A stretch of DNA of 64,000 bases from Nitrosopumilus sp. (GCA_965205425.1 CBDBGZ010000004.1:64001-128000); one strand, 5' to 3'; positions 1 to 11,946 are shown, numbered from the stretch's first letter. Notes: a model not told the origin generated them from the sequence alone. Translations and numbers: made by a program.

Positions 1-210
1 GTAGACACTGGAACAATTACCATTAATGATATCCATAATGACGTGTTTGAAATAATTAAAAAATCTGATTTTAGTCATGTTTCTGCTCGCATCCACGTTT
101 ATGAGGAAATGTTTATATTATTTTTTGAATTTGCAAAAGAAAAATATCCCAAAGATTTTGAATTTGTACATTTTGGTTTAGTTCCAACAAGTGATTTTTT
201 TACTACATTA

Positions 211-2413
211 TAGTTAAGGCATTAAATATTTGAATAATTTCACAACTCGAACGTCTCCATTATCTAATCTCTTCTGCATGTGTTTTCTCATCTCAGTTCC
301 ATTTACAAAGAATGTATTGGCATTACCATTTTTCTCTTCTCTCCACTGTACCTCAATTGGATTGAGTTCTGGAGTGTATGCAGGAAAATATCTGATGATT
401 ACATTTCTTTTTGATACCTTGAGAAATTCTTTTACTCTGACACTTTTGTGGTATGATGCATTGTCTGCAAATAATAACAGTTTCTTGCCAAATTGTTTCT
501 GCAGTGATTCTAAAAAATCAAGAAATGAGTCTGTGTTTGATTTATCATAGAACCTACAAAAAAATACACCGTCATCCCCCAATGCACCAAATGATTGAAA
601 CTTTTCTCGAGTGTAATTAATTGGTGTGGTAATGTTATTCTCCGCAAGATACCATCCGCGCTTTATGTTAGGTGCTATCTTGTTTGTTGTGTTCTTTCCA
701 AAAATTATTTCGTGTCACTTTCATGAGTAATTCCTCCATAGAATACTTGGGTCTATGAGTATTTCGTTTGTTATCATCTTGGAGTGATACGCATCAGATG
801 GTGTCTCCATGTTATCCAAGTCTAGTGCGCCATGAACTCTAATGTGATTGTACCAATGCATAAACTGCTCCACTGACTCAAAGTATTCTATTTTACACTC
901 AAAGATATCCCAGAACTTTTCTAGCTTACCATTTGTTTGTGGATGTCTCACTCTTGTACGAGAGTGCTTTACGTGATGTCTCATTAGTTGCTGCTCAAAG
1001 TCTACTGGCTTGTTATGATCAAGAGTATTGACATTTGATGTGAACTGTTTTCCATTATCAGATAGTACGGATGCTGGTCTACCGTGATTCTTTATTGCAT
1101 CAGATAGTACTGCAGAAGAATTCACAGATGTTGCCTCATCATACACTCCGAAACCCGTGATAAATCGTGAGGCATCATCTTCAAATGCAATTAGTTGTTT
1201 TCCTGCCCAGCGTGAATCATGTATTGTGTGCCAGTCAGTATGCCACAGTGAATTTGAATATTCACGTTCATACCTGATCCACTTTCTTCTCATCTTTTTC
1301 CGTGGTTGCTCAACTGATAATCCTTCATCTAGCATAATCTTGTGGATGCGATTGTGGTTTATCTTGGTATTGTACAATTTTGATATGATTTTCTCAAGGT
1401 ATAGTGCGTTTGTATGAAATTTTTCTTGAACTTGTTTGACTAGCTCTATCTCGTGTACAGTGACTGGCTTTTTTGGACGCCCTGGTCTTTTGAGTGTGGG
1501 AATCTTTTTGGTTTTTTTGTACTGAGAGTAGACTTGTTGTACTCTTCTAGGCGTTATCTTGAGGATTACTGAAATATCTAAATTCTTGACTTTTTCATTT
1601 TTAGATTGTATAATCCACCTGATCTTATTCTCATCTAACTTTACCATAGGTATGCCACGATACCCACGCATACGATAGTATGGGAATGATGCTCTCCTAG
1701 TTAAGGGGTGAAATAATTTCCGGAAAAGATACTATCTTGTTTGTTGACTCATCCAGACATAGTGTGGTGTATCCCAATTTGGAATATTTTTTGATACTCC
1801 TTTTTGCGTTTTTTTAAAACGGGTTTGTTCCTCTTTTGAGGCTGATTTATGATGTGTGGGACGTGGTTTTTTAGATGAAAATCCAATTCTGTGCAGCAAT
1901 TCACGCATTCCTCTTGCAGAGTATAGGGTGTTGTATTTTTTATTCACATGTGTAATTACCATTCTTGTACTCCACATGAATTGATTAAATCCAAACTTTT
2001 CTGGACCTGAAATCAGATCATTTCTTAATGATACTAGTTGTTTTTTATCTAAGAAACATCTAGAACCAGAATATTTCTTGCGGCGTGATGCAGATATTCC
2101 CTCTTCATCCATTCGATTTAGCCAGTAGGACAGAGTTGATGGTATGACATCCAGACTTGCACATATCACAGAATACGGAATATTTTGTTTTCTTAGTATT
2201 GCAACCTTTAATCTTATCTTTGCTTTTGCATTTTTTTCATTCTTGCATACTTTTCTTAAAAAATTAATGCTTGTACCTTTCATGAATTGATTTCCAGAGG
2301 AAACCTTGGATTGTCTTGTACTCTTTGACATGGTTTCATGAATTGATTCTACGATCTAGATCTTTTGGGTTAAAATACTTGACAGTTTATTCAAAATTTA
2401 TATGCCTAAACTA
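211..2413 (-). mobile_element. IS630 family element, type A copy 1 (1146 bp net), interrupted by IS481-A
   Basis: TA flanks at 209-210 and 2414-2415; imperfect TIR TAGTTAAGGCAT / ATGCCTAAACTA; orfA HTH (1732-2331) and orfB DDE (DNASYH, PELNPIE). Confidence 0.95.
690..1731 (-). mobile_element. IS481 family element, type A copy 1 (1042 bp; transposase 721-1671)
   Basis: rve integrase motifs WHTDW, DDASR, SDNG, PQTNGKLE; 22-bp imperfect TIR; 15-bp TSD CTATCTTGTTTGTTG at 675-689 and 1732-1746. Confidence 0.95.
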
Positions 2414-2564
2414 TAAATGCCAATCCCATAATTAAAATCAGAACAAAACGTTTCATTTTTTCTAAAAAAGGAATCAAAAAAACTACAGATCTCTTAAATG
2501 AATTTAAAAAGAAATATCCTGATAGTTCATTTAATTAAAATTATTTTCAACTCAAACTTTAGAT

Positions 2565-2831
2565 TTATTTCATGTCCCAAATACAAGTGTCGTGATTAAA
2601 TGAATGGGTATCATTGCCAATATTTTTAACAGGTGCAAAGCCTCCCGGAGTACAAAATTCAACATATGGACTAAGACCTGTATCTGCTGCTTTCTTTTCT
2701 ACTATCACTTCAGGTTCTATGTACCTCTCTGGTGTATCCATTCTTTCATTTACTGTAATGCCTAGCATCAGTCCTACTGAAATTAAGGCGATTATTGGTA
2801 TTGCCCAATAGTTTCTAGATTCCTCATCCAT
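2565..2831 (-). CDS. Small membrane-anchored hypothetical protein
   Basis: 88-aa ORF, N-terminal TM helix, two C-terminal Cys. Confidence 0.65.
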   Translation of the reverse strand: MDEESRNYWAIPIIALISVGLMLGITVNERMDTPERYIEPEVIVEKKAADTGLSPYVEFCTPGGFAPVKNIGNDTHSFNHDTCIWDMK

Positions 2832-2943
2832 GGATTGACAAAAGTGAACGACAGTTATATTTTTGACTGTTAATAAAATCGGATTGATAAAAGATTTGGT
2901 AATCCTAAAAAATTAAAATAATTCTTGATAATGGGTTGTACCT

Positions 2944-4338
2944 TTATTCATTAAAGATATAGCGTCTTTCGCCTCTAGATTCTTTTTCAGTGTCTACGTG
3001 TACTAGTACAAATTCTTTCTTTGAATCCACCATTGACTCTTCCGGACTTAATTTATTTTCGTGTAGTTCTTCATATTCATCCCAAGTTAGTCTTCTTCTA
3101 TCACCAATTTCTGCTTCTAAATTCATATTTTTTACCATCTCTTTGTATGATGGTTGTACTACTCCACTAAACACCATTGCACTACTTCCACTTCCATATG
3201 AGCCGAATCCTACTCTTTTACCTTCTAAATCAATTCCTTTTTGGTATTCAAATTCTAAACTACTTCTAAATCCCAAGTAAAGTGATGCAGTATACAAATT
3301 ACCAATCATACTTGAGGCAATTAATGAACTAGACAGTTTTGATTCATAAACTTCTTGATAAGATTGTGTTTTTGTAAATAGTTTAGTAAATTCATGATCT
3401 TTTGCCATAAATTCTTCATCTCCCAATACTGATTCAATAGTTCCTCGAGGATCTTTTGGGATTGGCTCTTCAATTCCTATTTCATTTAGAATGTTTTTCC
3501 ATCTTGGAAGTTGTCTCCATTCATGTCTTACCAAATATGCTAAAGCCTTCTTTCCCATGTTACTATATGGTAAGTGCATGTTGATGTAATCCATATGATC
3601 TAAAATTGTTTCCCCTGATTCCATTTTGATTAAACCTGATGATACTACTTTTTTCTTGTATGCTTCAAGTGCTTTTCTTACTTGAATCATGTAAAGTAAA
3701 TTAGAATATTGACCGTGTACAATTGGAGTCTCTTTTCCAAAAGGTCTGTAGAAATCATATTCATCCTTAATTGAGGTGGATGTAACTTTAGGATCAAATG
3801 CCAATAGTCTTGGGTCGTCATTTAGAAGCATAACTACTGCTCCTGCACCCTGTGTCATTTCACCACTGGAACCCATGTCGTATTTTGCAATATCTGAAAC
3901 TACTACAAGTGCTGCCTTTCCATCTGCTTCATCAGCTCTAATCCAATTGGCGTTGTCATAAAGGGCATATGAGCCACTTACACAAGCAAATTTGGTTTCT
4001 ACTCCACCACAATGCTCAAAGGCACCTTGACCGTAAACTTGCTCCAACATCCCAATGACGTAAGAATTCATCGCTTTTGATTCATCAAATGCGGATTCTG
4101 TTGAAACGTATAGTCTACCAATATCATCTGGAGATAGTTTGTTCTTTTGCATTATTCGTAAACATGCATTTGCTGCAAGACATGCAGGGTCTTGATTGGC
4201 ATCAACAATTGCCATTTGTGATATTCCTAGACCTTTTTGTAATTTTACTGGGTCTAACCCTCTATTGTCTGCAAAATCAGCTGCGTCCAAATATAATTTG
4301 GGAATGTATATTGCAATGTCGTCTATTCCAGCTGTCAT
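2944..4338 (-). CDS. hmgS: Hydroxymethylglutaryl-CoA synthase
   Basis: STES..DESK, KFAC (catalytic Cys), TQGAGAV, HLPY, IGNLYTASLY, SYGSG motifs. Confidence 0.93.
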   Translation of the reverse strand: MTAGIDDIAIYIPKLYLDAADFADNRGLDPVKLQKGLGISQMAIVDANQDPACLAANACLRIMQKNKLSPDDIGRLYVSTESAFDESKAMNSYVIGMLEQVYGQGAFEHCGGVETKFACVSGSYALYDNANWIRADEADGKAALVVVSDIAKYDMGSSGEMTQGAGAVVMLLNDDPRLLAFDPKVTSTSIKDEYDFYRPFGKETPIVHGQYSNLLYMIQVRKALEAYKKKVVSSGLIKMESGETILDHMDYINMHLPYSNMGKKALAYLVRHEWRQLPRWKNILNEIGIEEPIPKDPRGTIESVLGDEEFMAKDHEFTKLFTKTQSYQEVYESKLSSSLIASSMIGNLYTASLYLGFRSSLEFEYQKGIDLEGKRVGFGSYGSGSSAMVFSGVVQPSYKEMVKNMNLEAEIGDRRRLTWDEYEELHENKLSPEESMVDSKKEFVLVHVDTEKESRGERRYIFNE

Positions 4339-4449
4339 AAGCTAGCTCCCGGAATTTCATTAATAAGGATATTGGGTAAATTCTAAGTAACTAGGAAGGA
4401 AGTTTTAGCAATTATTTTGACAAATCATTCGTAAACTGATCGCAATTTA

Positions 4450-4771
4450 CTATTTTTCTAACTCTTCTTGAAATATTTTCTCAAATACCTCTAAAGGTTG
4501 TGCTCCAAAAAGTCTTGTTGTTTCACCATCTGGACCAATTACAAAAAATGCCGGAGTCCCTGTTAATTCTAATGTTTTTGCATCTTCGTTACTTCCAATA
4601 ATTGTTTGTGAGTGTACTCCATTTATCATACACTCTGACCACACATCCATGTCTAATCCAATCTCTTGAGCAAATATTGCTAAATTATCTGAAGATGCCC
4701 ACCCATTATTTTCTCCAGTCCAATTTGAATACAAAATATCATGATATTCCCAAAACAATTCTTGATCACTA
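4450..4771 (-). pseudogene. DsbA-family thioredoxin-fold protein, 3' half only
   Basis: DQELFWEYHDILY, GTPAFFV and GAQP motifs; the N-terminal CxxC part is lost at the IS630-B junction. Confidence 0.8.
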
Positions 4772-5857
4772 TAGCGAAAAGATAAAGTTCGTGAACTAAA
4801 TTATTCCAAAACAAAAAACTTTTTGATCACTATGTATGGTAAAATTTGATGAACAAGTTAGAATCACTTGAAAGCAGCATACAAAAAAGAAAACTCCAAG
4901 GTTGCAGTAAGGATGCTTGCAGTGTTGATGATTCTAAAGGATGGAAAGGACATACAGTGCACTGCAAAGACATTACACCACTGCACAAGCTGGGTGAGAA
5001 AATGGACGAGTCGTTTTGAGATAGATGGCCTCTACGACCACCCAAGAAGTGGCAGGCCAAGAACAATCTCCCAGACTCGAATGGATGCTATCATGTCAAA
5101 AGCAATGCTAACTTTGTTTACCCCCATAATGTTGCAACAAAGTATCTTTTATTCCACTGGAGTAAAATTTCACATAACCCACATCAGAAAGATAATGCAC
5201 CAATACGGCATGTCTGCAAAAACTGCACAAAAATATCACATCAACCATGCAAGTGTATCTGCTGTGAGAAGCTGGCAACAACGCAGCAAAAAGAGAATTT
5301 CACGCCTAAAAAAGAAAGGATTTGTAATTGCAATGGCTGATGAAGCATTCTTTGTAAGGGATACAAAAACAGGAAAAAAGTACTGGTCACCAGTTGCAAA
5401 GAGAATATTTCTTCCATATACAGGACGACATGAGAGTCTGGCAGTGTATGGTACAATTACAGAAAATGGTAATCAACTATTCAGAGTTTATGACAAATTC
5501 AATGCTGTAACATTTGTAGAGTACCTAAAGGAATTGCATCAGAAATATGGCAAGATTGCAATCATTTTAGATAGAGCATCAGTTCACAAATCAAAGAAGG
5601 TAAAGGAATACCTTGCAAACAATAGAGATGTCAAACTAATCTGGTTGCCAAAGGGATCACCATACTTGAAGAACATGATAGAGCAGTGCTGGAAGATAAG
5701 CAAATATGCGTTGTTGGTTTCAGAGTATTATGCAATGTTTGCGATGATGAATGGTATAGTGTCAAAATATTTCAGAGTGACAAAATTCAAGCTTGATGTT
5801 GCAAATTATATCTTTAGAAATCCTGCAAAGATGTTTGCGAACTTTTGATCGTCGCTA
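4772..5857 (+). mobile_element. IS630 family element, type B copy 1 (single-ORF transposase 4868-5848)
   Basis: TA flanks; TIR TAGCGAAAAGATAAAGTTCGTGAAC versus TAGCGACGATCAAAAGTTCGCAAAC; PRSGRP, DEA, DRASVH motifs. Confidence 0.93.
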
Positions 5858-5859
5858 TA

Positions 5860-6142
5860 AATGGCAGGGAATTTTGGAGAATTCTCTTCTCCTAAAATCT
5901 CCTCAACTATTCCCTGTAGCTGTCTGTATGCAGTACCAACGGTGTTTCGGAATAGTGCCATCACCATAAAGCATGTATTAGAATGGACAAACGGTGCTCC
6001 AACCTTGTTGTCATTTAGTTGTTTTACACCTTCAGACATTATTGTATTATCAAGATGCAACACATATACCTCGGAGCATAATTCTTTGCAATTTTTCAAA
6101 ACAAATAGCAATACTTTTTGATCAGTAGTTAGAAATAATTTC
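5860..6142 (-). pseudogene. IS5-like transposase N-terminal fragment
   Basis: NKVGAPF...YRQLQG...PKFPAIY resembles the N-terminus of the 10988 transposase (KEGHRF...FRQTEG...PTYSAIW). Confidence 0.65.
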
Positions 6143-7148
6143 ATGGACATCACAAATGACGAGTTACTCCAGGCCTACAAAAAAGAAAAGTACGGTAAGA
6201 AAAAGGAAAGACTGCATGCAATGTGTAAGATTAAAATCAATAAATCTACAATTGCTGAAACTGCCAACCAAATGTTTTGTACATATAATTCTGTAAGGAA
6301 TTGGCTTGATTCATTTGAAAAATACGGATTGGAGGACCCCCCCTCGTTCTGGCCGTCCGCCATTAATTTCACACAAAAAATTACAAAAAATAGAGCGTAC
6401 ATTTAAGAGAATTTCAGATGGAATGACTCCAAAGAAACTGGTACAATTCATATTTTACAGAACACGCATTACATATCATATCACTCATGTGCGTCGTTTG
6501 ATGCACAAATGGAATCTAAAACCAAAGGTTCCACAAAAACTACATGTGCGAGCAGCATCCAAGGATACATGCCGCAAGTGGAAAAACCGCATCATTTCAC
6601 GCATAGAAAAGGCAAAAAAGAAAGGTTTTACAGTATTCATCCAAGACGAGTCTGTATTTGTAGACGATGTACGTCTTGGCAAAAAATACTGGACAGATGT
6701 ACACCAAAGAATGATTGTACGTTGGAGAGGATCGCACCAAAGATTTTTGGTTTATGGAAATGATGATAATCAAAGTTTTTTTAGATCGTATGAAAAATTT
6801 AATTCAATTGCATTTATGGATTATTTGGAGGCAGCTCGTAGAAAATTCGGGAAAATATTTGTTATTGTTGATAGGGCACCGCAACACAAAGCTAATGATG
6901 TAAAAGAATATCTGCGTAAAAACGAAGATGTCAAACTGGCATATCTTCCAAGAGGTTCTCCACATTTGAGTATGATTGAAGAGATTTGGAGACAGTGCAA
7001 ACATGTTAATGTTGAATCAGAATTTTATGAATCTATTCATGAGATGAGGCATACAGTTATGGAATATTTTAGAACCCACAAATTTAATTTGAATATGTAT
7101 CAGTATTTTGCAAGAACAGTAAATTGAAAAGACTTATGATCTGGGGTA
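6143..7148 (+). mobile_element. IS630 family element, type C; frameshifted, left end missing
   Basis: ORFs 6143-6406 and 6306-7127 join through one extra C in a C7 run near 6337-6343; DES, DRAPQH, IEEIW motifs; ends GGGGTA|TA. Confidence 0.85.
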
Positions 7149-7150
7149 TA

Positions 7151-7253
7151 GAACTTTCCACGTGAGATGTACTTTCTATCATCGTACTTTTTCTCAGACA
7201 CATGATATCTCTAACTTTTCAGATCCAAATCTTTTTCGGTTGTATTTTGAGCC
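7151..7253 (-). mobile_element. Possible IS left-end remnant
   Basis: Minus strand begins GGCTCAAAATACAACC, then a short frame (SEKKYDDRKYISRGKF) cut by IS630-C. Confidence 0.3.
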
Positions 7254-7309
7254 TAGAATGAATAATTAGGAAACAAAGTTCTTTAACCAAAAATGTTTGA
7301 TATTTTTTA

Positions 7310-7921
7310 ATGATGAAAAATAACGCAAAACACCGAACTTTTCTTCTAGCAACTGCATTTGTTATTAGTACAATCTCTATGACATCTGCATATGCACATA
7401 ATCCTCCATACGAGGACGACTATTGGTTCAATTACAATGGAGATCCTGAAGTCTGTTATCTAACTTCCCAATTAAATGGCATGACAGTAGATGGGTCAAC
7501 AAATAATGCATCAGATGTAGAAAATGCTGTTGAACTAACTAGAGCTGAATACAATAGTGAAATCGATGGATTAACTATAGCAGCAGATGATGGCAGTTGT
7601 GGATACAACAGCATAGAAGTTGGTGCAAAAAGCCTTACTTGGCCAATATTAGCACAAACTACTCCTTCAGTAAATTGGAGTAATGGAGATTATGCAGATA
7701 GAGAAGTTGATTTTTCAACCAATATCAACTGGGAAATCAATAGTAATGCATGTGATTGGTTACACGACAAAGATGTAGAATGGCTTGCAAATCATGAATT
7801 TGGTCATGCATTAAGCATAGATCATCATTCAGGAAGTGGCACAGTCATGGATAGTGGATGTCATTCTGACTATGCATCAGTAGATTCTGAATCCGAAAAT
7901 GCATTGGAGGCTAGATACTAA
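7310..7921 (+). CDS. Secreted metzincin (matrixin/M10-like) zinc metalloprotease
   Basis: Signal peptide ending AYA; HEFGHALSIDH zinc motif; Met-turn TVM. Confidence 0.85.
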   Translation: MMKNNAKHRTFLLATAFVISTISMTSAYAHNPPYEDDYWFNYNGDPEVCYLTSQLNGMTVDGSTNNASDVENAVELTRAEYNSEIDGLTIAADDGSCGYNSIEVGAKSLTWPILAQTTPSVNWSNGDYADREVDFSTNINWEINSNACDWLHDKDVEWLANHEFGHALSIDHHSGSGTVMDSGCHSDYASVDSESENALEARY

Positions 7922-8550
7922 TGAATAAAAAATTAGTTTTCTTGAGTCTGATTGTAGCAATTGCGGCTGTAAGTGTAGGAACTTTATCAATGACTGCACA
8001 AGAATCTGAAGTACAACCACAAATGGTTCAAAAAATATCCTCAACTGCGTTGGATGTTTCTTTAGAACAATTAATTGAACGTGCAGAATATGCCATAGTT
8101 GGAAAAGTGGTCAAAGTAACTCCTGTGATATATGTAGATCCTGACCGTGCACAAAAGAAAGCAGAAATTGAAAATCTACAATTTGCAGTAGGCGGAATCA
8201 CACCAGTTGTTATGGAACAAGAGATTCTTTCAGATGTAAAAATCAAAGTTAGAGAAGATCTCTTTGGAAAATATACTGAGAATTTCATCACTGTAAGAGT
8301 ACCAGGTGGGGAAATCCCAACACTAAAAACAATACATGAACGTTCACCAACATTTGATAAAGATGAACGTATAGTTGTATTTGTTGGAAAAGGTCAATCA
8401 TATGATATTCCTGGACACCATTACACAGTAGTGGGACTAGATCAAGGAACCATAAAGTTAGGTGAAAAAATCAAAAGTCAATTTGCTACTACTGATTCTT
8501 CAGAAGATAGCATAAAAAACAAAATTAAATCCTTAAAAAATAAGGATTAG
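7921..8550 (+). CDS. Secreted or membrane-anchored protein with TIMP/NTR-like OB-fold pattern
   Basis: Signal/TM segment; SLEQLIERAEYAIVGKVVKV...ITVRVPGG...FDKDERIVVFV; start overlaps the protease stop (TAATG). Confidence 0.75.
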   Translation: MNKKLVFLSLIVAIAAVSVGTLSMTAQESEVQPQMVQKISSTALDVSLEQLIERAEYAIVGKVVKVTPVIYVDPDRAQKKAEIENLQFAVGGITPVVMEQEILSDVKIKVREDLFGKYTENFITVRVPGGEIPTLKTIHERSPTFDKDERIVVFVGKGQSYDIPGHHYTVVGLDQGTIKLGEKIKSQFATTDSSEDSIKNKIKSLKNKD

Positions 8551-8660
8551 TTTCTTCCTTTTTTTTAATTTTTGATATTCTCTCCACAATCAAACCTATT
8601 ACCAATACAGACAATGGTCCCACATAAGCAGGAAAATCAATAGAATATGATGCGCCTGTA

Positions 8661-9806
8661 TAGTTAAGGCATTAAATATTTGAATAATTTCACAACTCGA
8701 ACGTCTCCATTATCTAGTCTCTTCTGCATGTGTTTTCTCATCTCAGAACCATTTGCAAAGAATGTGTTGGCATTACCGTTTTTCTCTTCTCTCCACTGTA
8801 CCTCAATTGGATTGAGTTCTGGAGTGTATGCAGGAAAATATCTTATGATTACATTTCTTTTTGATTTCTTGAGAAATTCTTTTACTCTGACACTTTTGTG
8901 GTATGATGCATTGTCTGCAAATAATAACAGTTTCTTGCCAAATTGTTTCTGCAGTGACTCTAAAAAATCAAGAAATGAGTCTGTGTTTGATTTATCATAG
9001 AACCTACAGTAAAACACATCATCATCCCCCAATGCACCAAAGGATTGAAACTTTTCTCGAGTGTAATTAATTGGCGTGGTAATATTATTGCCTGCAAGAT
9101 ACCATCCACGCTTTATGTTAGGTGCTATCTTGTTTGTTGACTCATCCAGACATAGTGTGGTGTATCCCAACCTGGAATATCTGTTAACTGTCCTTTTTGC
9201 GTTTTTTTAAAACGGGTTTGTTCCTCTTTTGAGGCTGATTTATGATGTGTGGGACGTGGTTTTTTAGATGAGAATCCGATACGGTGTAGTAATTCTCGCA
9301 TTCCTCTTGCAGAGTATAGCGCGTTGTATTTTTTATTCACATGTGTAATTACCATTCTTGTACTCCACATGAATTGGCTGAATCCAAACTTTTCTGGACC
9401 CGAAATCAGATCATTCCTTAATGATACTAGCTGTTTTTCATTTAGAAAACATCTAGAACCAGAATATTTCTTGCGGTAAGATGCAGATATTCCCTCTCGG
9501 TTCATTTGGTTTAACCAATTACTAAGAGTTGATGGTATGACATCAAGACTGATGCATATTTGAGAATATCTCATGTCTTGTTTGCGTAAAATTGCAGCCT
9601 TTAGTCTTATTTTGGCTCTGGCATTTGTTTCTTTTTTGCATACTTTTCTCAAAAAATTAATGCTTGTACCTTTCATGAATTGATTTCCAGAGGAAACCTT
9701 GGATTGTCTTGTACTCTTTGACATGGTTTCATGAATTGATTCTACGATCTAGATCTTTTGGGTTAAAATACTTGACAGTTTATTCAGAATTTATATGCCT
9801 AAACTA
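8661..9806 (-). mobile_element. IS630 type A copy 2 (intact, 1146 bp; orfA 9125-9724, orfB 8664-9170)
   Basis: TA flanks, same TIRs as copy 1; slippery TTTTAAAAAAAC near the orfA end suggests a -1 frameshift. Confidence 0.95.
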
Positions 9807-10201
9807 TAGGATTATAGATTCTAGGTAAATCAGTTATAGAAAATACTAAAGCTGTAACAATCCCAATAACTGCAAACTTTATTCCATTTCTAATCAATTT
9901 CTTCCATGTTTTTATTTTCTTGAGTTCCTCTTTATCAAAACCCAAAGGAAGAATTAAGATCTGTTTTGGAATTTTATTATGAGTGTGTTTAATTCCTTTT
10001 TTGTGAATTATTCTTTCAGATTTTTCAACTAGTCCAAGTTTTCCTTAGCTATCAACAGTAGATAGGAAAGTACTCAATTCGGATCAAAAATAATGATCAT
10101 TTTCTCAAATTATTCAGATAGAAAAAGCTTGATGGAAGTATGTCACTCCATCAAATATGCATTGTACTTCATTTGATACCATGACACACCAAGGTGTAGT
10201 A

Positions 10202-10908
10202 TAGCGACGATCAAAAGTTCGCAAACATCTTTGCAGGATTTCTAAAGATATAATTTGCAACATCAAGCTTGAATTTTGTCACTCTGAAATATTTTGACAC
10301 TATACCATTCATCATCGCAAACATTGCATAATACTCTGAAACCAACAACGCATATTTGCTTATCTTCCAGCACTGCTCTATCATGTTCTTCAAGTATGGT
10401 GATCCCTTTGGCAACCAGATTAGTTTGACATCTCTATTGTTTGCAAGGTATTCCTTTACCTTCTTTGATTTGTGAACTGATGCTCTATCTAAAATGATTG
10501 CAATCTTGCCGTATTTCTGATGCAATTCCTTTAGGTACTCTACAAATGTCACAGCGTTGAATTTGTCATAAACTCTGAATAGTTGATTACCATTTTCTGT
10601 AATTGTACCATACACTGCCAGACTCTCATGTCGTCCTGTATATGGAAGAAATATTCTCTTGGCAACTGGTGACCAGTACTTTTTTCCTGTTTTTGTATCC
10701 CTTACAAAGAATGCTTCATCAGCCATTGCAATTACAAATCCTTTCTTTTTTAGGCGTGAAATTCTCTTTTTGATGCGTTGTTGCCAGCTTCTCACAGCAG
10801 ATATACTTGCATGGTTGATGTGATATTTTTGTGCAGTTTTTGCAGACATGCCGTATTGGTGCATTATCTTTCTGATGTGGGTTATGTGAAATTTTACTCC
10901 AGTGGAAT
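10202..10908 (-). mobile_element. IS630 type B copy 2, 5' truncated by IS5
   Basis: Near-identical to about 5151-5857; right TIR and TA present. Confidence 0.92.
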
Positions 10909-11917
10909 GCTGTGTTTCCCAACATGACTAGTTGATCCAATTAATTTCATCACCCAAGCTTTAGATCAGAATATTCTGTATTATTCCATGAACAGAAACT
11001 GGAAAAATTACAACAAAACACTAGTTAGACGTGGAGAAATCATGTTGTCCTTTGACGCAATGGAATCATGGAGTATGGAACTAAAAGAGATGAATCACAA
11101 AAAGGAAGGTCATCGATTTGTCTATCCTGAATCCTTCATGGAGGCACTAGGATACTGTCATCTCTATTTGCATCTTCCATTCAGACAAACAGAAGGTCTG
11201 ATAAAATCACACCTCCAATCCAAAACAAAGACTCCCACATATTCTGCCATTTGGAAACGTGTCAACAAACTTGACATCAAGATGAATCCAAAACTAGGAA
11301 AAGACATTGTCATTGCAATAGACTCAACTGGAATCAAGGTTGCAAACAGAGGTGAGTGGATGAGACAGAAATGGCAGAAGAGAAGAGGATTTCTTAAAAT
11401 TCATGTGGCAGTAGATGTGAAATCTAAACAGATCACAGGGATTGATATTACAGATGACAAGTCACATGATTCAAAACATTTCATATCGCTAGTTGAGCAA
11501 TCAAAACAGTTTGGCAATGTCACTAAAACTTTGGCTGATGGTGCATATGATACAAAGGATAATTTTTCATATCTGTATTATGATAATGATATTCTACCTG
11601 CAATTAAAACAAGAAAAAACTCATCAGTTGTAACTGATTGTTATCCTCGGAGAAAGTCCGTTTTGGCACAATTGTATAACTTGGATCTATGGAAGCTCAG
11701 CGTAAGCTATGGGGATAGATGGATTGTAGAGGGAGTATTCTCTGTATTCAAAAGAATATTTGGAGAGCATGTGACATCGCACAAGAGAGAAAACATGATT
11801 CATGAATTGAAAATGAAAGTTTGTCTGTACAATAAAATGATTGCAATGCAATAGAATCAGAAATGATTTCAAAGCATCAAAGAGTGTTGATGGTTATTTG
11901 GGGTTGGGAAACAAAGT
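10909..11917 (+). mobile_element. IS5 family element (transposase 10988-11854)
   Basis: NWKNYNKTLVRRG, AIDSTG, KIHVAVD, ADGAYD, RWIVE motifs; TIR GCTGTGTTTCCCAAC / ACTTTGTTTCCCAAC; AAT on both flanks. Confidence 0.93.
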
Positions 11918-11946
11918 AATCTTTGTTATCTTTTTCTGCCATGTGA

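Larger units (their letters stand above)
1..2538 (+). pseudogene. Hypothetical gene (5' end outside window) split by IS630-A; pieces 1-210 and 2416-2538
   Basis: Frame 1 is open 1-210 (VDTGTITIND...FFTTL). Removing the IS and one TA restores the frame: NANPIIKIRTKRF...DSSFN*. Confidence 0.7.

Noticed and set aside
230..1417. Recurrent antisense ORFs (106 aa and 86 aa) inside IS copies
   Set aside because: They recur only because the elements are repeated; no protein-like features.
6337..6343. Programmed frameshift in IS630-C
   Set aside because: A C7 homopolymer in a single damaged copy is better explained by mutation or sequencing error.
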